Assembly (NCBI GenBank): GCA_963723515.1
Contig: CAVRQT010000002.1
Coordinates: forward strand, 1 to 64,000
Source of the DNA: Vulcanimicrobiota bacterium
Lineage (GTDB): Bacteria > Vulcanimicrobiota > Vulcanimicrobiia > Vulcanimicrobiales > Vulcanimicrobiaceae
Direction: 5' to 3'
DNA: 64,000 nt
In this document: positions 59,347 through 64,000 of the stretch, piece after piece
Numbering within the stretch: the stretch's first letter is position 1
Layout: each line of letters begins with the position of its first letter
Made by a program: the position numbers and the translations under genes
The notes under the pieces: model-generated
Database searches by the model: none
What the model was told of the DNA's origin: nothing
What the model saw: only the letters and a program-made list of their open reading frames with translations

Positions 59347-60168
59347 ATGCTCGAAGATGAATTTGTCGACGTCTTTGGTAAGGCGATGCGCGGAACGCGC
59401 CTTTCGGTCGAACAGCTGGCGCAAACCACGGGGCTGCCGCGCGCCGACATTGCGTCTTGGGCGAAAGGCTCAGCCGTGCCGAACGACGAGGAGGCTCGCG
59501 CGCTCGCACGCCCGCTGCACCTCGATGCTGCAAAGTTCGCCGATGCGGCAGCGGTGCGCTGGCATCCGCAACCGATCGATGTGCCGGATGTTCGCCATCA
59601 TCCTCAAAACCCGCACCCGAGCAACGGCTATGTTTTCTTTCTCGAGGGAAGCCGGCGTGCGGCGCTCGTCGATCCTGCGGGCATTCCGCAAAACTTGATC
59701 CGGATTCTGCGCGATGGCGCCTACAAGCTGCAGTATATTTTAATCACGCACAAGCATCCGGATCACTGCGATGCGACGGACGATGTCGCAGCCGCTTTTC
59801 CGCAGGCTGACATCGTCATGCACAAAGCAGACATCTTTGCGATTGGGAAACTTGCCAGCCGCGCGACGCTGATTCGCGACGGCGAAGAGCTCGCGTTCGG
59901 CGAGGAAGCACGCATTCGAATGCTGCACACTCCCGGCCACACCGACGGCTCTTCTTCGTTCGTCTTTCGTTCGACCGTTTTCACCGGCGACACGCTCTTT
60001 GCCGGCAGCGTCGGCGGTGCATTCGGTGACGTCTCGACCTACACCGATATACTCAACAGCGTGCGCTCACGTCTGTTCACGCTGCCGGACGATACGGTCG
60101 TGATGCCCGGACATGGGCCGCCGTCAAAGATCGGCTGGGAAAAACAACACAACCCGTTCTTCGGGTAG
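59347..60168 (+). CDS. MBL-fold hydrolase with an N-terminal XRE-like HTH
   Basis: LEDEFVDVFGKA...LA..TGL helical N-domain; THKHPDH, HTPGHT, TGDTLF, PGHG. Confidence 0.8.
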   Translation: MLEDEFVDVFGKAMRGTRLSVEQLAQTTGLPRADIASWAKGSAVPNDEEARALARPLHLDAAKFADAAAVRWHPQPIDVPDVRHHPQNPHPSNGYVFFLEGSRRAALVDPAGIPQNLIRILRDGAYKLQYILITHKHPDHCDATDDVAAAFPQADIVMHKADIFAIGKLASRATLIRDGEELAFGEEARIRMLHTPGHTDGSSSFVFRSTVFTGDTLFAGSVGGAFGDVSTYTDILNSVRSRLFTLPDDTVVMPGHGPPSKIGWEKQHNPFFG

Positions 60169-60177
60169 CGAAATTTT

Positions 60178-61809
60178 TTAGTGCGCGGAAGCCACCATGA
60201 CGGCGCTTGCCGCCGATCCACCGACGCCGTTCGCCTCCACGCGGAACGTCGTATGTCTGGGCGCACGCTTTTGATTTTGGATCAATTGGAGCTCGACGAT
60301 TTTGACGCCGGATTGCGGCAAATGCAGCGCAAGCTGCATCGGCGAGCAGAGCCGGTCCGAACAGAACGACGCGATCCAGCCCTTCTTGATGTTCGTTGCA
60401 CGCAGCTGCACCGTGGAATCGGCTTTGCCCGAGACGACGAGCCGATATTTGATCGTGCTGGCGATACTGCCCGGCAGATCGGCTCCGGTCCAAGGCGCCA
60501 ATGAGATCGCGGGGTGGTCGCTGCTGCCGATATTGAGCGCGACATCGGCCTCTTGCGATTCTTCCGTGTACTTCTCGTAGTCCGTAGAGCCCGTTGGAAG
60601 CAACGACCCGTAGTGCATCGTCTTGATGAAGGCGAGGTGCGCGTTTGGTTTGTCGTTCGCGATGGCGTAGGCGCGTCCCAAATAGAGCCACGTATAGGCG
60701 GTCTCGACGATCGTGTCACGCGATTTCTTCTTAGCGAGCGCAGCTTCGGCTAACTCAACCGCTTTCCGATCCGACGCAACGGCATTCTTATAGTCTTTGA
60801 GCTGCAGGTACGCTTTGCCGATATCGATGTAGGTGTCGGCGTCAGGCGTGAGTGCGACGAGCTGTTGGTACGCGTTGATCTCGCCGCCCCAGTCCTTCTG
60901 CTCGTAGTACGCGAAGCCCAGGCCCGAAAGGGCGTCGGTGTTTTTAGAGTCCAGTTGCAGCACTCTTAGGTATGCGGGTATCGCCTGATCCCACTGCTCG
61001 CGATCGGTTGCCAGATCGCCTTGCATGCGGTAGAGGAGTTTACGATCGTCCGGCGTGGTCGCGACTTTCGCGAGCGCCGTGGTCGCGGGGTCCAGCAGCG
61101 CGGCTTGCGCTGCGCGCGTCTTCAGATAGTCGGCAACTTGACCTTTGGCGGGATCTTCGTCGCCCAGCAACTTATTCGACTGATCGATCGCATCGGTCGC
61201 CGCTTTGACATTCTTGAGCACCGTATCATGGTCGCCCGAAAACGCGAACTGCTTCAAATCAAGCGCCGCATCGATCTGGGTCTGGAGCGGCGAGACGATC
61301 GTCCCATTTTGTTGCGTTTTGGCCGCTTGGACGAACCCCGCGAGCTGATTCTGCGAAATGATGTCGACGAAGCGCGCGCGCACAATTCCCTTTTCGTCGA
61401 TCACGTAGGTCGTCGGAATCCCGCGGACGTCGTAAGCGCTGACAGCACTCTTGTTCGGATCGAGCGCGACAGGATACGGAAGGCCCTTTGCCGCCACGAA
61501 CGCGCGGACAATCGGCGCCGACTCCGTTGAATCAACTCCCAAAAATGCAACTGAAGGGCTGCGCAGAGCGTGGTAGGCGCGGACCATATCCGGCGTCTCG
61601 GTCCGGCACGGCGGACACCATGTGGCCCAGAAATTCAAGACGAGGACCCGACCTCGGTAGGATGCAAGCGTGATCGGCTTCCCGTTGAGGCCGTTGACCG
61701 TAAAACCGGGCGCCGGCGCTCCCAAAGCGGGGCCTGGGATGGCCTGTGCATCGGCAAGGGCCGGAAAGAGAGCCGCGCCAGTGAGAAGAGCCGCGAATAG
61801 ATACTTCAC
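60178..61809 (-). CDS. Secreted TlpA-like redoxin + TPR repeats + C-terminal Ig-like domain
   Basis: Signal peptide; NFWATWCPPC, IPTT; TPR helices; C-terminal WIASFCSDRLC. Confidence 0.8.
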   Translation of the reverse strand: MKYLFAALLTGAALFPALADAQAIPGPALGAPAPGFTVNGLNGKPITLASYRGRVLVLNFWATWCPPCRTETPDMVRAYHALRSPSVAFLGVDSTESAPIVRAFVAAKGLPYPVALDPNKSAVSAYDVRGIPTTYVIDEKGIVRARFVDIISQNQLAGFVQAAKTQQNGTIVSPLQTQIDAALDLKQFAFSGDHDTVLKNVKAATDAIDQSNKLLGDEDPAKGQVADYLKTRAAQAALLDPATTALAKVATTPDDRKLLYRMQGDLATDREQWDQAIPAYLRVLQLDSKNTDALSGLGFAYYEQKDWGGEINAYQQLVALTPDADTYIDIGKAYLQLKDYKNAVASDRKAVELAEAALAKKKSRDTIVETAYTWLYLGRAYAIANDKPNAHLAFIKTMHYGSLLPTGSTDYEKYTEESQEADVALNIGSSDHPAISLAPWTGADLPGSIASTIKYRLVVSGKADSTVQLRATNIKKGWIASFCSDRLCSPMQLALHLPQSGVKIVELQLIQNQKRAPRHTTFRVEANGVGGSAASAVMVASAH

Positions 61810-61861
61810 GTTAAGAGTCCCCCTGTGCAAGAAGTATAACGCCTAAGGGCCTCTAAAGGTG

Positions 61862-62623
61862 TCAGGCACGCAACTTATACCCCACCGCCGTCATCCGCAA
61901 TGCGGTTCCGAGCGCAAGAGCGGTTAGGATGCCAATGACGCCCAGCGAGAACCAGAGCGGCAGATAACTCTGCGAGGTATAGCTGTAGCGGAAGGCGTCG
62001 ATCGTATAAAACATCGGATTGAAAAGAGAGAGATTTCGCACCAGCGGCGGCAAAAATTGGGTCGAAGTAAACACCCCTCCGACAAAGACGAGCGGCGTAA
62101 TCGCAAACGTCGTCAGCACCGCTAAGTGATCGAAGCGCTCCGCCATCAACCCAAAGATGATCCCCAGCGCTGAAAACAGCACCGAGACCAGAATCATCGC
62201 CAAGAAATAGAGCGTGAAGTGGTGCGGCAGCGTCCGAACAAAGGCCCAACCCAAGAGCATGATGATGTTGGCGATGATCACCGCGCGGGCGACGCTGCCG
62301 AGGATGTACCCGGCGACGATTTCCGCGGCGGACATCGGCGCAATCAGCATTTCCTGAATCGAATTCATGAAGCGCCCTTGGAAGACGGAGCTGCTGCACT
62401 CTGCATAGGATGAGTCGATCACCTGCAGCATGATCAAGCCCGGAATCAAGAACGCGGCGTAGGAAACGCCTTGCACGTTCTGTATCCGGCTGCCTAATGC
62501 AAGTCCGAAGATGAAAACGTAGAGCAGCGTTGTGATGATCGGCGGCCAGATCACTTGATTGATGATCTTGAGCGTGCGCTTCATCTCACGCTTCATCAAC
62601 GTCCACGTTGCGTAGTAGTTCAC
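61862..62623 (-). CDS. ABC-2 type transporter permease (YadH-like)
   Basis: FLIPGLIM, PLVFVGGVF, NPMFY..DAFRY. Confidence 0.9.
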   Translation of the reverse strand: MNYYATWTLMKREMKRTLKIINQVIWPPIITTLLYVFIFGLALGSRIQNVQGVSYAAFLIPGLIMLQVIDSSYAECSSSVFQGRFMNSIQEMLIAPMSAAEIVAGYILGSVARAVIIANIIMLLGWAFVRTLPHHFTLYFLAMILVSVLFSALGIIFGLMAERFDHLAVLTTFAITPLVFVGGVFTSTQFLPPLVRNLSLFNPMFYTIDAFRYSYTSQSYLPLWFSLGVIGILTALALGTALRMTAVGYKLRA

Positions 62624-63576
62624 CGGCGCGTCAGTTCCAGGAAGACGTCTTGCAGCGTCGCACGTTTGTAGTCGACGCCTTCGATCGCAAAGCCCGCACC
62701 TTCAAGTTCCCGCAGCGTCCCTGAGAGTTCATCGGCGGCGACGCCCGCGAAGACAACTCGATCGCTGCCGGGCTCAAAGTGCGCTCCGCGCGCGGTGAGC
62801 TGATCGGGCAGCTGTTGGATCGGCCGATCGAGCGTGATCGTCAGCACCGTGTCTGGCCGGCGTGCGAGCAACGACTGCGTCGACTCAAGCGCGGCGAGGC
62901 GACCGCGTTCGATGATGCCGATGCGCTTGCACAGCAACTCCGCTTCCTCGAGATAATGCGTCGTGAGGAAAATCGTCGTTCCTTGAGCATTGAGACGCCG
63001 CAACAGGTCCCACAGCTCCAGGCGCAACTCGACGTCGACTCCCGCGGTGGGCTCGTCGAGAATCAACAATTGCGGCGAGTGAATCAACGCTCGCGCGAGC
63101 GTCAAGCGGCGCTTCATGCCGCCGGAGAGTTTCATGTAATCCTGCTTGGCGTTGCTCGCCAGCCCAAAGAGTTCGAGCAGTTCGTCTGCGCGGGCCGAGA
63201 CATCGCGCGGCCGCAGTCCGAAATAACCCGCCGCGAAGATCAGCACGTCGCGAATCGAGAGATACCGGTCAAAGTTGTACTCTTGGGGCGCAAGACCGAT
63301 GAGCCGGCGTGCTTGCCGCCATTGCAGCGCGTTGTCAAAACCAAAGACGCGGATCGCGCCGGACGTCGGCTTGACGAGACCAACGACGGCATTGATCGTC
63401 GTGGTCTTGCCGGCGCCGTTTGGTCCTAAGAAACCGAAAAATTCGCCCGCTCCGACCGTCAGCGTAACGTCGTTTACCGCGGTCAGCGAACCGTAGCGCT
63501 TCACGAGGTTATGGACCTCGAGCGCCGCAGGGTTCGGCGGTAGGAACGAATTGGAATTTAGTTGCGCTTGATCGAT
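62620..63576 (-). CDS. ABC transporter ATP-binding protein (YadG-like); start uncertain, upstream of 63504
   Basis: ALEVHNLVKRYG, GPNGAGKTT, LSGGMKRR, LDEPT, TTHY. Confidence 0.88.
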   Translation of the reverse strand: MDQAQLNSNSFLPPNPAALEVHNLVKRYGSLTAVNDVTLTVGAGEFFGFLGPNGAGKTTTINAVVGLVKPTSGAIRVFGFDNALQWRQARRLIGLAPQEYNFDRYLSIRDVLIFAAGYFGLRPRDVSARADELLELFGLASNAKQDYMKLSGGMKRRLTLARALIHSPQLLILDEPTAGVDVELRLELWDLLRRLNAQGTTIFLTTHYLEEAELLCKRIGIIERGRLAALESTQSLLARRPDTVLTITLDRPIQQLPDQLTARGAHFEPGSDRVVFAGVAADELSGTLRELEGAGFAIEGVDYKRATLQDVFLELTRR

Positions 63577-64000
63577 AGGATCAAACTCGACGGCACGAGG
63601 CCGACTTTGCCAAAATCGTAGAGATCGATCGCTTCAACGGCGATGTGGTTGCCGTGCAGCATCGGGAAACTCGGCCGGTACCGCAAGTCGCCGATGACGC
63701 GCCGTTCACCCAACGCAAAGACGCCCGCAGCGAGCTCTTGCCCGAGCTCAACGCTCAGGAGGTTGAACCCCGAGAATGCCGCGCGATCCACGCGATTCGG
63801 CGCAATCACAAGCGTGTCGGAAGCAACCGCGTTGACGACGCTGCGCAAGGAGCGCACGGAATCGTCTACGGAGACCTCAATAGGCTCGTAGCCATTGGCG
63901 CGCGCGACTTCGGCGAAGCCGGCGCGTCCGATCGCGTTGGAACGCTTCGTGCGGCCGATGAAGGCTGTATTACCGGCGAGCAAGACATCCGTTCCGTCGA
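63558..64000 (-). CDS. Amidinotransferase/dimethylargininase-like protein, 5' truncated
   Basis: DVLLAG..AFIG.T.RSN..G; pentein-like, although the canonical catalytic His/Cys are not evident. Confidence 0.55.
   Translation of the reverse strand, partial: DGTDVLLAGNTAFIGRTKRSNAIGRAGFAEVARANGYEPIEVSVDDSVRSLRSVVNAVASDTLVIAPNRVDRAAFSGFNLLSVELGQELAAGVFALGERRVIGDLRYRPSFPMLHGNHIAVEAIDLYDFGKVGLVPSSLILSIKRN

Noticed and set aside
1..64000. CRISPR array, rRNA/tRNA, prophage, integrase or defence island
   Set aside because: No regularly spaced direct repeats, RNA-gene signatures or mobile/defence protein motifs were recognised

Overview
GC-rich bacterial chromosomal window made almost entirely of core or metabolic genes. 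The repertoire (futalosine pathway, TonB-domain protein, many secreted orphans) is compatible with Ca. Eremiobacterota or a similar diderm Terrabacteria lineage, but this is only an inference. Contents include tldD/pmbA, a ResA/ResB-like pair, folD, a divergent sufR-iscU / sufCDSU Fe-S locus without sufB, a GH125 mannosidase, an EF-G paralog, thiOSG, ETF-QO, a 2-oxoacid dehydrogenase operon with two E1-alpha genes, queDE-mqnBD-namZ-glcDE, pepP, trxB and ABC transporters. No rRNA, tRNA, CRISPR array, prophage or transposase was seen. Most notable observations: (1) an ECF sigma factor coupled to a zinc-finger anti-sigma domain fused to an intact O6-methylguanine methyltransferase, a candidate Ada-independent alkylation-sensing switch; (2) a BCP/PrxQ peroxiredoxin whose catalytic Cys codon is an in-frame UGA followed by a SECIS-like hairpin, i.e. 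a hidden selenoprotein missed by the ORF track; (3) about six genes with no ATG/GTG/TTG at their expected N-terminus, several with a Shine-Dalgarno (SD) followed by ATC; (4) a PHP phosphoesterase with a histone H1-like tail; (5) a MITE-like inverted-repeat element supplying the stop codons of two convergent genes; (6) candidate cis-regulatory and small-RNA elements flanking the ECF locus. Several single-base frameshifts, some in homopolymers, suggest assembly indel errors. All family calls come from motif recognition, not database searches.
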